This document shows, piece by piece, positions 1 through 8,332 of a stretch of 64,000 nt of DNA. This DNA is from a virus (taxonomy: Duplodnaviria; Caudoviricetes). The stretch covers positions 1,876-65,875 of IMG/VR virus record IMGVR_UViG_3300035325_000364, one strand, 5' to 3'. The position numbers and the translations under genes are program-made. The notes beneath the pieces were generated by a model. The model made no database searches. It saw only the letters and a list, made by a program, of their open reading frames with translations, and was not told where the DNA came from. Position 1 is the first letter of the stretch. Each line of letters starts with the position of its first letter.

Positions 1-105
1 AATTAGTCGGAGCAAAGGAACTGAAATTTTCACAACAGTTGCAAGCCCCAACAGCATCCAGCGTTTCTTGCTCGTCATAGATGCAGTTACCACACCGAAT
101 TTGCA

Positions 106-495
106 TTACCCAAACACCACCTCTCCGAACAGGGCGAGCTGAACAATAGCGTCAGCCGCATCCGCGTCAATATTGCCAACGTCAATCGAACCGTCTGCTG
201 GCTTGACCCAAGCCCCGAATCCCTGCTCGATGGCGAGCTTCATTCCATTCAAGAACTTGTTCAGCGTCAGCTCCCATTTATCACTGCTTTCGGCATCATA
301 CAGTGTGAGCATACCGCCGCGAGAAATCTGGTCGCTGGCATATTCGCCGAGGTATTTGCCGTTGACTTTTGCCTTGCGGCACCAGTAGTTGATACCGCCT
401 TCTAAAGCGCAGACCATAATGTCGTCGATGTCCTGCGAAGTGACGTTGACCTCAATCTGAGGCTGAATCGTGTAGGTGCTTTTTTCGTTGCCCAC
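106..495 (-). CDS. hypothetical phage accessory protein
   Basis: 129-aa ORF with GGAGG RBS, part of a tightly packed leftward operon. Confidence 0.6.
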   Translation of the reverse strand: MGNEKSTYTIQPQIEVNVTSQDIDDIMVCALEGGINYWCRKAKVNGKYLGEYASDQISRGGMLTLYDAESSDKWELTLNKFLNGMKLAIEQGFGAWVKPADGSIDVGNIDADAADAIVQLALFGEVVFG

Positions 496-501
496 TATCT
501 T

Positions 502-756
502 TTACCTCCAATCTGGTATGTAGCCTCCATAGCCCGCACTGATGTGTGCTTCCAGCACTGCTATGGCTTCTGGGTTCGGGAGCCACTGGCTTCGGTCGGT
601 TATTATGGCGTACATCTGCCTGATGGTTGCGGTTGGATGCTGCTGGTGAATCATCACCAGAAAATCGCTTGTTGGTTTCGTCGAGCCAGCTACCCGCCGC
701 TTTCGTCCGGGGACGTAATACTCGACATCCACATGGTTCCGTGGGTACTTAGGCAT
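502..756 (-). CDS. hypothetical protein (likely start MPKYPRN)
   Basis: GAGGTG RBS before ATG at 756; the longer ORF call overlaps the upstream gene. Confidence 0.5.
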   Translation of the reverse strand: MPKYPRNHVDVEYYVPGRKRRVAGSTKPTSDFLVMIHQQHPTATIRQMYAIITDRSQWLPNPEAIAVLEAHISAGYGGYIPDWR

Positions 757-1030
757 TGGCACACCTCTGACTTTCAGGCAGTGTTGGCATTTTCGCCCAA
801 TCTTCCCGCGCCTTTTTCCAACAAGTGGGGCAGTAAACGAGGTCACTTTGTTGCATCATCCTCATATATTCCCCACGCCCATAACAGTCGATGAAGCATT
901 TCGAGCAAAAAGTATCACCGCATTTTTCGCACCCCCACATCTCGCCGTGCTTTAGGTCAGACGCGTCCCACTGCATCTCAAATCCGCAAATGTCGCAGGA
1001 ATAGGTGTCTGAAATGAGATTGTAAGCCAT
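749..1030 (-). CDS. small Cys-rich (CxxC) zinc-binding protein
   Basis: CDIC, CEKC, CSKC and CPTC pairs; in operon. Confidence 0.55.
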   Translation of the reverse strand: MAYNLISDTYSCDICGFEMQWDASDLKHGEMWGCEKCGDTFCSKCFIDCYGRGEYMRMMQQSDLVYCPTCWKKAREDWAKMPTLPESQRCANA

Positions 1031-1046
1031 TACGTTTCACCGCCTG

Positions 1047-1268
1047 TCACCACATATCACAATCAGCAGGAATGCTGACATAAAATATACCCGTTGCCTC
1101 GTTAAGACGCACATCAGCACCGTAGCCGCTCTTTTTGATACTCTCGATGACTTCCTCGGTCTTGCGCTCATAATACTCATTCCACACGCCATGCTTATAC
1201 ATCACGGTTTTTGTGTGCTGAATGGCTTCAATCGCATTTTCGACCTGTAAAGTGCATATGTTTTTCAT
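1047..1268 (-). CDS. hypothetical protein
   Basis: 73-aa ORF with GGAGG RBS. Confidence 0.55.
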   Translation of the reverse strand: MKNICTLQVENAIEAIQHTKTVMYKHGVWNEYYERKTEEVIESIKKSGYGADVRLNEATGIFYVSIPADCDMW

Positions 1269-1284
1269 TCCTCATTTTCCTCCT

Positions 1285-1698
1285 TCACCAAGTCCTGCAC
1301 AGCCCAGCCGCGCAGGTTTTCTCGATGCCGACGCAGCCGAACTCAGAGCAGTCGGGCATATCATGGTTATAGACGTAGCACAGCGGCTCACGGTTTTTCA
1401 GGTCCTCACGGTCCTGCTCCCACTCATCGCGGTGGTCGCTGACGTACAGGTAACAGTCCATCTTGCCGAAAGTGGTGTAGCTACGGATAACGAGGTAAAC
1501 CAGCACATTGCGGTTTTCCTCAAACTCACGGATGCGCTGCAAGTCCTCACCCTCGGCCCAGAAGAAAGCGCCCACAGGCGGCTCGCTGATGCTGACGTAA
1601 TCATCCCGCTCGAATTGCTTGCGGGTCTCGGCAAAAATGTCAAGCAGCTTCATACGCTCGATGGCCTCTGCCTTTTTATCCTCTCTGGTAATGTTCAT
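1285..1698 (-). CDS. conserved hypothetical protein of Firmicutes mobile elements (start MNITRED)
   Basis: GAGG RBS before ATG 1698; EAIERMK...VYLVI...YVSD..EW..DR...SEFG pattern. Confidence 0.6.
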   Translation of the reverse strand: MNITREDKKAEAIERMKLLDIFAETRKQFERDDYVSISEPPVGAFFWAEGEDLQRIREFEENRNVLVYLVIRSYTTFGKMDCYLYVSDHRDEWEQDREDLKNREPLCYVYNHDMPDCSEFGCVGIEKTCAAGLCRTW

Positions 1699-1714
1699 TT
1701 CGTGTACCTCCGTT

Positions 1715-1972
1715 TTATTTGTCCTCAACATCTTTTGTGACGGTAAGGGTGCGCTTATCAACTCTGGTATAGCTACCGTAGTGAGCAACGATGTAGTGGT
1801 CGCCGCAGTCCCTTGCGCATCCAGAGGGTGTCCACCCCTTGTACCCACGCTTCATCTTGACGATAAGACGGGTAATTGATTCTTCCTCCATCCAGCCGAC
1901 AGGAGTGTGTTCTTTGTAGAACCGCTGGTACTGCGCCCGTTCCTCATCGTCGATGGGCAATATCGTAATCAT
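1715..1972 (-). CDS. hypothetical protein (start MITILP)
   Basis: AAAGGAG RBS immediately after the ribozyme-like element. Confidence 0.55.
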   Translation of the reverse strand: MITILPIDDEERAQYQRFYKEHTPVGWMEEESITRLIVKMKRGYKGWTPSGCARDCGDHYIVAHYGSYTRVDKRTLTVTKDVEDK

Positions 1973-1988
1973 GCTGTCTACTCCTTTC

Positions 1989-2050
1989 TGCCCTGCCATC
2001 ATCAGGCCGAGTAGGGCAACTCTCGGCGACCGCCTTACGGCGGTTTCGGC
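1989..2050 (-). ncRNA. type II hammerhead-like ribozyme HH1
   Basis: Minus strand GCC-GAAA-CCGCC(GTAA)GGCG-GTC-GCCGAG(loop)CTCGGC-CTGATGA-TGGC: conserved core, stems I and III, GGC/GCC stem II, loop I GCCCT complementary to 3' AGGGC; one extra U after CUGAUGA. Confidence 0.8.
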
Positions 2051-2215
2051 TTACACTTCCTCAGAACGCACGGACCAGAGACAATCTGCCGGGTCGAATC
2101 CCCTCTGCCTCAAACAAGCCGCAATAGAATCCTCAATGGCTTTCTCAGAATATTCGCCGATGGTAACGTGCGTGTTGCTCGGTGCATGGTGGATATCTGC
2201 GTAATACTTCTTCAC
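2051..2215 (-). CDS. hypothetical 54-aa protein (GTG start)
   Basis: AAAGGA RBS; TAA stop abuts the ribozyme. Confidence 0.45.
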   Translation of the reverse strand: MKKYYADIHHAPSNTHVTIGEYSEKAIEDSIAACLRQRGFDPADCLWSVRSEEV

Positions 2216-2261
2216 GTCAAATCCTTTCTCCCCCGTAACCTTCGGGGCGGGTTTTATGTTC

Positions 2262-2543
2262 TTAAACGCCCATCGCGGCGCAGAGCTTAGTGAACAGAAC
2301 TTCGTGGGGAATGCTGGTGCTGAACACCTTCGGCGCGGCGTGAACCTGCTCAACAAAAGCGGCGGGGTCATAGTTGCCAGCCATGAGGTAGTTGATGGCT
2401 TCTTCTGCCATTACAACATCGCTGTCATCTCCTGCGAGATAACCAGCCGCGATGCCTACCATATCGTGCGGGGCGGGGTTCTCGTCGCGGATAACCGCTT
2501 TGCCGAGTGTGTTGAAAATCTCATCGAATCTGCTGTTTGTCAT
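2262..2543 (-). CDS. hypothetical protein, first gene after operator-promoter
   Basis: GGAGG RBS, downstream of promoter at 2583-2612. Confidence 0.6.
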   Translation of the reverse strand: MTNSRFDEIFNTLGKAVIRDENPAPHDMVGIAAGYLAGDDSDVVMAEEAINYLMAGNYDPAAFVEQVHAAPKVFSTSIPHEVLFTKLCAAMGV

Positions 2544-2582
2544 GGTGTTGACCTCCTATGTTTTTCCCTTTTCTTTAATTCT

Positions 2583-2612
2583 ATTATACACCTATATAGG
2601 TGTTTTTGTCAA
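2583..2612 (-). promoter_or_regulatory. sigmaA promoter with palindromic operator ACACCTATATAGGTGT (2588-2603)
   Basis: TTGACA-18-TATAAT; perfect 16-bp palindrome in spacer; A/T-tract UP-like element upstream. Confidence 0.85.
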
Positions 2613-2658
2613 TAGATTTCCCGAAAAATTTTCGAGAAAAATCACTTAAAGTCTGATT

Positions 2659-3000
2659 TCAAACCAGCAGACCGCACATAAAGTTGTCAAAGTCATCGAG
2701 ATCCTTGAAGCCTCGTGTCTGCCCTTCATCTTCCATCCGTTCCCAGAGGGCAAGTAGGGCGCTGTCATACGGGGCGGTGTCCACAGACCAATTCGCATGA
2801 AAACAGTGTGCCGTCCACAATGCCCGAAGCTGCTCACGGGCGAGCAGGTCCCCGCTATCGTTAATAGCGGCGAAATCCATCAGGTGCGCCATCTCATGCG
2901 TGAGATTGAACGAGCTGTCCTGCTGTTCAATGATACGAGCGGCATCTGAGTACCCATCTCTCCGCAGCATTTCAATCTGATTCTTGGTGTATTCGTTCAT
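2659..3000 (-). CDS. hypothetical protein
   Basis: GGAGG RBS before ATG 3000. Confidence 0.55.
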   Translation of the reverse strand: MNEYTKNQIEMLRRDGYSDAARIIEQQDSSFNLTHEMAHLMDFAAINDSGDLLAREQLRALWTAHCFHANWSVDTAPYDSALLALWERMEDEGQTRGFKDLDDFDNFMCGLLV

Positions 3001-3013
3001 GATGTTTCCTCCT

Positions 3014-3424
3014 TCATAGCGATGCGCAAAAATCTCCAAGTTTCTGCCAGAGGTCGTATGCGGCTCCTGTCATTTTTACGCTGGCTGGCGCTCCGCTTTT
3101 CAGCGCCCACGTTTGCGCCTGTCGGAACAAGCGGCTGGCAAGCTGCTGTTCCGCGTGGCTGAACTCACTATCCCATCTGCGTTTGCGTGTGCCTGTGTCC
3201 CACCGAGCACCGTATCGAGTTTCGCATACCACCTGATACGGAATATCCCGCTGAATCTGCTCACGGCTCAGAGACAAGCAGGTCGGGTATTCTCCCTCGT
3301 TCTGACGGGACAGGCGGCTCACCAATCGCAGCAGGGCTGCGGCCAAATCAGGCCGCGCCCCCTCTGCGTTAATGTGCTTGTACACCGTAACCAGCAGGTC
3401 AAGGTCTCGCGCGTTAAGTCTCAT
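3014..3424 (-). CDS. hypothetical protein
   Basis: 136 aa; ATGA overlap with the peptidase stop. Confidence 0.55.
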   Translation of the reverse strand: MRLNARDLDLLVTVYKHINAEGARPDLAAALLRLVSRLSRQNEGEYPTCLSLSREQIQRDIPYQVVCETRYGARWDTGTRKRRWDSEFSHAEQQLASRLFRQAQTWALKSGAPASVKMTGAAYDLWQKLGDFCASL

Positions 3425-4431
3425 CGCATATCCTCCGTATCGGCGTCTCCATAAATCAGGTCATAGTAATCATCCCCGAACTCCGATTCCGCAAGCATCG
3501 TGATTGCTTGGTCGCCCTGCGCCGCCCTGATGTCCTCCAACTCGGCCATCGAGTAGTAGCCGTAGTCCAACAGCAGCTCATACGCAGGTCGGATGTCAGC
3601 AGGGATGTCGCTCAGACCTTCATATTCCTGCTCGCCACCATCAAGCCTGACGATTTTGCCGCTGCGCTCATACGCCCAATCTTCCCAACCCCAAGAGTAA
3701 CTGCCACGGCTGCCGAAGCGCGTGAACCGCACACTTTCGATGTACTCATACTTCGGGAAGTTGGGTTTTACGGAATCCGCGATAATCCCCACGACCTTAC
3801 GAATCGTTGTGTTTAGGTGCTTCTGGTTGATGTACTCGTGCTGAGTGTGGGCGTTGTAGTACCCCGATGAGAGGTTGACCGCCGCAACACCCAGCGTCGG
3901 AGCCACCACAGAGATGTCACTGAATGAACCGAACTGCGTCTTGAAGCCCTTATTCGTGATGTAGCTCTCAAAGTCCGTGTTGGCGCAGTCGTAGTACACC
4001 GCGTCATCTCGGCCTTTGCGGTCAATCTCGATGATGGCTTTCAAGTCACCGAGACCCTTCGGCATCTTGCCTTTGCCGTACTCAGTGCAAAACGCGCTTG
4101 CGCCCACACCGCCGACTTCCTCATCGCAGGTGAACAGAAGCCACGGCTTGACTGCCGCCCGTTCATGCGCCGTCACCAGCGCGTACACACCGCAGCGGTC
4201 ATCACCGCCGATGCCCTGCGGGGACATCAGAATGTTGCCATTGTCGCTCCTACATATCGTCTTGACCGGCTGATGGTGAACCGTGTCAAGGTGTGCCACC
4301 AGCATCACCGGCGCTTGACCGGGGACGAGAATGTAACTGCCCTTGCGTATTGTGGCGTTTTTGTACATCACAGTGAGCTTTCTAAACAGCTCGCGCTGTG
4401 TCGGGGTCAGAAATTCCTCTATCTTCTTCAT
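3421..4431 (-). CDS. M28/M20-family Zn metallopeptidase
   Basis: LVAHLDTVH, GIGGDDRCG, DEEVG, EIDR, GSFSDI and YYNAHT metal-ligand motifs. Confidence 0.8.
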   Translation of the reverse strand: MKKIEEFLTPTQRELFRKLTVMYKNATIRKGSYILVPGQAPVMLVAHLDTVHHQPVKTICRSDNGNILMSPQGIGGDDRCGVYALVTAHERAAVKPWLLFTCDEEVGGVGASAFCTEYGKGKMPKGLGDLKAIIEIDRKGRDDAVYYDCANTDFESYITNKGFKTQFGSFSDISVVAPTLGVAAVNLSSGYYNAHTQHEYINQKHLNTTIRKVVGIIADSVKPNFPKYEYIESVRFTRFGSRGSYSWGWEDWAYERSGKIVRLDGGEQEYEGLSDIPADIRPAYELLLDYGYYSMAELEDIRAAQGDQAITMLAESEFGDDYYDLIYGDADTEDMR

Positions 4432-6155
4432 GCTACTTCATGCTCCTTTCCAGATTCGACTTCTTCTTCATTCTCATCAATGACCGCGCCACAGTGCGGA
4501 CAGGTTCCGTCATCGCGCACTTTTACCAGCTCGCCGCAATGCGGGCATTCCTCATACTCAGCGGCGCAATCGTCGCAGACATAAGCAAGGTCGCCGTTCT
4601 CCTGATATGCCGCGATGACACATTTGTTGTAGTGGTAGTCGTGGCAGTGCTGGCACTCCATATAGTGCTCGTCAAGGCAGTCGCAACACACCCGGCACTC
4701 AATGCCGTTCTCATCATGAACAAGGTACATATCGTCATCGCAATACAGCTCATCACATTCTTCGCAGTAGCTGTAATTCTTACGGCAATCATCGCAAACG
4801 TATCGTCCATTAGCCGTCGAATAAACGCTGTCATTTGGATACCACTCGTCACAGTCCTCGCACTGCGTATAGTGGCTATTTCGGCAGTCCTCACAGACCA
4901 TGAGCGTCCTGCCCCTACTGTCGTGTACCTCGTACAGTTCCTCGCTTGTGTAATTCTCACAGTGTTCGCAGTAGTTTTCTTCGTCATCGTCGCTCAAACA
5001 GCCATCGCAGTAGAGCTTGGTGTTGATTTCGTCACCGCAGCAGATACACAGACCGGCTGCCCCAATCTCAAATCCCTCATAATCGTTCTCACGGTCACGC
5101 CGGACGCTGACGTGAGCATCGAAGTTTTCATAAGTCCAGTCGGGGTAGCCGCCAAAGTCCTCGTTCTTGAAAATCTCAGACGCGAAGTCACTGCCGCAAA
5201 AGTTGCAGGTTTTCCACAGGTTCGGCACTTCTTCCAACATGGAGATTTCACGCTGGACTAAATCACGATAGAGCTTGCTGTCCTCTGCGGCTCCATACAC
5301 ACCGCCCGACGTGTTGTACATCCGGCTCTGCAACAGCAGACCGTTACCGGGCTTGTAGGCGAAAATTTGCCTCGTGGTCTTGCGGTTGTTCAGCGTCTCA
5401 GGATTAGATGGGTCATCGACCGTGAACACGATGAACGTGTAGTTGTCGCGGGCATATCCAGAACAGCCGTTGTTGTATTCGTATTCCGTGGAATTGAACG
5501 AATGGCAGCTTGTCAGGGTGCTCCCGCGCTTATCGCATTTCGGGTTGCTCATCGTGAGGAAGTGCGCGGGGTTGATGCTGATGTACAACTTGAATCCAAT
5601 CTTCCTTGCTGTCAGCTCATCCGCAAACTGCGCGTAGAGGTGCTGAAACTGACTGCCCGCTGTCTCATCAGCAACGCCCAGTTTGGTGCAGAGCGCCTTG
5701 AACACGCGGCTGAGTTTCTTCCCCGGCGCGTAGGCTTTGGGCGCAAGCCGGTTGATGGCAGCAGTGTAGAACTCCGGCTGGTCGAGGCTTGGATTAGCGA
5801 AGAACTCAATGGCGGCTTCGATGTCGGCATACCTCTCACTATCATTGGCCCTTTTAGCCGCATACCTCGGCTCCGCTAAAATATCCCACGCTAAGTTGCG
5901 GATGCGGGTGTAGTCCGGGTTGTGCGTCCGTGTCCCGTTGATAACGAGCGCGTCAATGTCCTCGCACCAGACCGGCGACTTGCTGAACAGCTCCCGAAGC
6001 TCCTGCTTGGCGTAGCTGCTATCCCTTGCGAGGCGGGTAATGAATGCGTCTGAAACATCGTCCAGCACTTCCGTCTTGTCCGTGTGCGCGCGGTAGTCCC
6101 GTAGCGCCTGACGAATATTCCGTTCCGCTCTCTTGATTACTGTCTGCATATCCAT
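4428..6155 (-). CDS. large protein with N-terminal unknown domain and C-terminal tandem CxxC zinc-ribbon array (start MDMQTV)
   Basis: GGAGG RBS before ATG 6155; about a dozen CxxC pairs in the last ~170 aa. Confidence 0.7.
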   Translation of the reverse strand: MDMQTVIKRAERNIRQALRDYRAHTDKTEVLDDVSDAFITRLARDSSYAKQELRELFSKSPVWCEDIDALVINGTRTHNPDYTRIRNLAWDILAEPRYAAKRANDSERYADIEAAIEFFANPSLDQPEFYTAAINRLAPKAYAPGKKLSRVFKALCTKLGVADETAGSQFQHLYAQFADELTARKIGFKLYISINPAHFLTMSNPKCDKRGSTLTSCHSFNSTEYEYNNGCSGYARDNYTFIVFTVDDPSNPETLNNRKTTRQIFAYKPGNGLLLQSRMYNTSGGVYGAAEDSKLYRDLVQREISMLEEVPNLWKTCNFCGSDFASEIFKNEDFGGYPDWTYENFDAHVSVRRDRENDYEGFEIGAAGLCICCGDEINTKLYCDGCLSDDDEENYCEHCENYTSEELYEVHDSRGRTLMVCEDCRNSHYTQCEDCDEWYPNDSVYSTANGRYVCDDCRKNYSYCEECDELYCDDDMYLVHDENGIECRVCCDCLDEHYMECQHCHDYHYNKCVIAAYQENGDLAYVCDDCAAEYEECPHCGELVKVRDDGTCPHCGAVIDENEEEVESGKEHEVA

Positions 6156-6600
6156 TTTCTTTGTCCTCCTGTAATTTTCCATCAAGGATGTAGTTGGCAA
6201 ATATCCAGTTACGGCAGGTCCGCTGTTCGGGCGTATACTCGCCAACGGGGTCAGGTACATAGTCCTGAAAATGAATCTCCCGTGCATCTGTTATCCGCAG
6301 ACCGATTTTGTCATTGTTGATTTCTACCAGCTCACCCGGCGCAGGAATAAACGCGACGTGGACGTTGTTCTCCCAGACGCTCCCCGCGCTTATCCCGCAG
6401 AGGTAATAAGCCAGTGCCTTTGGGTCCTCATCAATGTCGATGCTCACCAGCGCGTACTTCTTGCACCGGGTCGCGTGGTAGACGCGGTTGTCTTTTTTGG
6501 CGTTGAAACACTCGATGCAGCACTTGTCTCTCCGTGCTCCGTATATGGCTCTCAGCCAAAAGAAGTTGTGGTACTTTTTGACCTCTAAGTTTAAGTGCAT
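6019..6600 (-). CDS. hypothetical protein, paralog of 58612-59082
   Basis: shares KCCxxCF, AYYLCG.S.G.VW..N.HVAF and QRTCRNWIFANY with the distal copy. Confidence 0.7.
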   Translation of the reverse strand: MHLNLEVKKYHNFFWLRAIYGARRDKCCIECFNAKKDNRVYHATRCKKYALVSIDIDEDPKALAYYLCGISAGSVWENNVHVAFIPAPGELVEINNDKIGLRITDAREIHFQDYVPDPVGEYTPEQRTCRNWIFANYILDGKLQEDKENGYADSNQESGTEYSSGATGLPRAHGQDGSAGRCFRRIHYPPRKG

Positions 6601-6620
6601 AGGCGGGTCCTCCCTGTGTA

Positions 6621-7214
6621 TCAGGCAGCCGATTCCTCGGCTGCCTCTTTATTTTCAACGTCGAGGCTCAGCTGCTGCTCGTCCTCGGCCTTGAATGTCC
6701 ATGTCAGCTGGGCTTTGAACTCGCCGTCGCCCATGTTCTCGATAGTGCAGACCCAGCCCTCGCCCTCAACGGTCAGCTCGTCATCGTCGCGGGTGGTCGC
6801 TGCGGCCTTCGCCAGAACACTCTCACCGGCGAGCGCAACGGCCTCGTTCGCTCTGGCGACTTCGAGGGAGTGCAGCAGCCACTGCGCCGCCTTCTCGATT
6901 GTGCGGACCATCTTGGTGGAGTAGAGGATGTCGGCCTGTGCGCGACTGGTCCCGACCGTGATGTCCATGACGTTGCTCTTGCTCTCGAAGTTTGCCTGTC
7001 CCTGCGCGTGAACCTTCGTCCAGCGGCTCTGCTTGAAGTTGGTGCTCATTGTTTTGTCCTCCTTTTTGGTTTCGGTGATTGTGGTGTCAACCGGCTCGGC
7101 GGTTGTGATATGGGCTTCGTACTCGGCCTTCTTGATGACGGTTTTCTTGCCGTCCTCAACGCGGTAGTAACGGTTCTTGCCGTTCTTGTCCTGCTTCACG
7201 ATGTACTCTGTCAT
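6621..7214 (-). CDS. hypothetical protein, first gene of the leftward accessory operon (start MTEYIV)
   Basis: AAGGAGG RBS at ~7224-7230; no promoter recognisable between it and the divergent ORF at 7257. Confidence 0.65.
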   Translation of the reverse strand: MTEYIVKQDKNGKNRYYRVEDGKKTVIKKAEYEAHITTAEPVDTTITETKKEDKTMSTNFKQSRWTKVHAQGQANFESKSNVMDITVGTSRAQADILYSTKMVRTIEKAAQWLLHSLEVARANEAVALAGESVLAKAAATTRDDDELTVEGEGWVCTIENMGDGEFKAQLTWTFKAEDEQQLSLDVENKEAAEESAA

Positions 7215-7235
7215 TGTGTTTGTCCTCCTTTTGCT

Positions 7236-7270
7236 CAAATCCGGTAGACCATTGAGATGGTGCGTGTTGC
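7236..7270 (+). other. hybrid att-like recombination site (left): P-arm CAAATCCGGTAGACCAT + TGAG core + B'-arm
   Basis: 9-bp TGAGATGGT (7253-7261) is the inverted copy of 21544-21552; arm is 14/17 identical to 21532-21548. Confidence 0.7.
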
Positions 7271-7835
7271 ATTACGAGGTCGGACAATCTTGTGTGCAGG
7301 TATCGGAGTGCTGCTGATAGCAGTAACTATGGCATCGTGCGGAGACGGAAGTGCTGAGGACAACGGCACTGCCAAACCCTCGACGATTGCTGGGGTCGCT
7401 CAAACGAGAGCGATAACGCCTGAGACGCATACGCAGTTTCGGGCTGCGGCAGACACGATTTCAGAGGATGTTCTGGAAACGGTCTCGCCGAGCGAAACAA
7501 CAAACCCGTGGACAAAAGATGAGCTGGATGCAATAGCCACCACCCTTGCGGGCGAGTGCTACGATGACAAGGTTCAGGACAAGCGCAAGGTATGTGAGGT
7601 CATTCTTAACCGCGTGTCGTGCGACGGATTTCCTGATACCGTGCTTGGCGTTTTAACCTACCCCAATGCCTTTTGCGGTTACTGGTCTCAATCCAGACAA
7701 GCGACAGAAAGTGATTACGCTGTCGCAACACAGGCTCTGCGGGACTGGTATGGCAACGGGTGTCAGCCGTTGTCAAACTACCTATTCTTTGAAGCTGGCG
7801 AAAATCGTGAAAACGTGTTCCGCGAGGAATACTGA
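7257..7835 (+). CDS. SleB-like cell wall hydrolase (Hydrolase_2) with signal/lipoprotein-like N-terminus
   Basis: LAGEC...VILNRV..FPDTVLGV..YPNAF pattern; hydrophobic N-terminus ending MASC; ATG has no RBS in the present orientation. Confidence 0.7.
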   Translation: MVRVALRGRTILCAGIGVLLIAVTMASCGDGSAEDNGTAKPSTIAGVAQTRAITPETHTQFRAAADTISEDVLETVSPSETTNPWTKDELDAIATTLAGECYDDKVQDKRKVCEVILNRVSCDGFPDTVLGVLTYPNAFCGYWSQSRQATESDYAVATQALRDWYGNGCQPLSNYLFFEAGENRENVFREEY

Positions 7836-7858
7836 AAAATTCTAAGGAGGACAAATCT

Positions 7859-8332
7859 ATGTTTGAAATGAAAATTACCCTTGAAGCCCCGCAGCTTGCT
7901 GCGTCGATTGAGCATCTTGCAACGACGCTCTATATGCAGCACGGATTGTCTGCGGCCCCTACGGTACAGGCCCCTACCCCCGCACAGCAGACCGCCTCTG
8001 TCCCGCAGCCCACGGCTCCAACACAGCAGACTACCGCAGCGGCCCCTGCCCCCCAGCCTCCCGCCATGCCTACGGCTCCCGCCGCTGCTCCGGCCCCGGT
8101 AGCGCCTAATTCTCCGGCTGTGCCGCCCGCTGCTGGTATGCCTTTAGCACCGCCCCCGCAATACACGGTGGACCAAATCATGCAGGCCGGAGCAACCCTG
8201 ATGGATGCCGGTAAGGTTCAAGAGCTGATGAACCTGCTGCACAGCTTTGGTGTCAACGCCGTAATGGACCTGAAACCGGAACAGCTTGGCGCGTTCGCTA
8301 CTGAGATGCGCAAGCTGGGGGCGCAGATATGA
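7859..8332 (+). CDS. Pro/Ala-rich protein typical of APSE-like replication modules
   Basis: AAGGAGG RBS; low-complexity linker and helical C-terminus; precedes DUF2800. Confidence 0.65.
   Translation: MFEMKITLEAPQLAASIEHLATTLYMQHGLSAAPTVQAPTPAQQTASVPQPTAPTQQTTAAAPAPQPPAMPTAPAAAPAPVAPNSPAVPPAAGMPLAPPPQYTVDQIMQAGATLMDAGKVQELMNLLHSFGVNAVMDLKPEQLGAFATEMRKLGAQI

Noticed and set aside
7950-8160. Pro/Ala/Gln-rich repetitive DNA
   Set aside because: Low-complexity protein linker, not a DNA repeat element.
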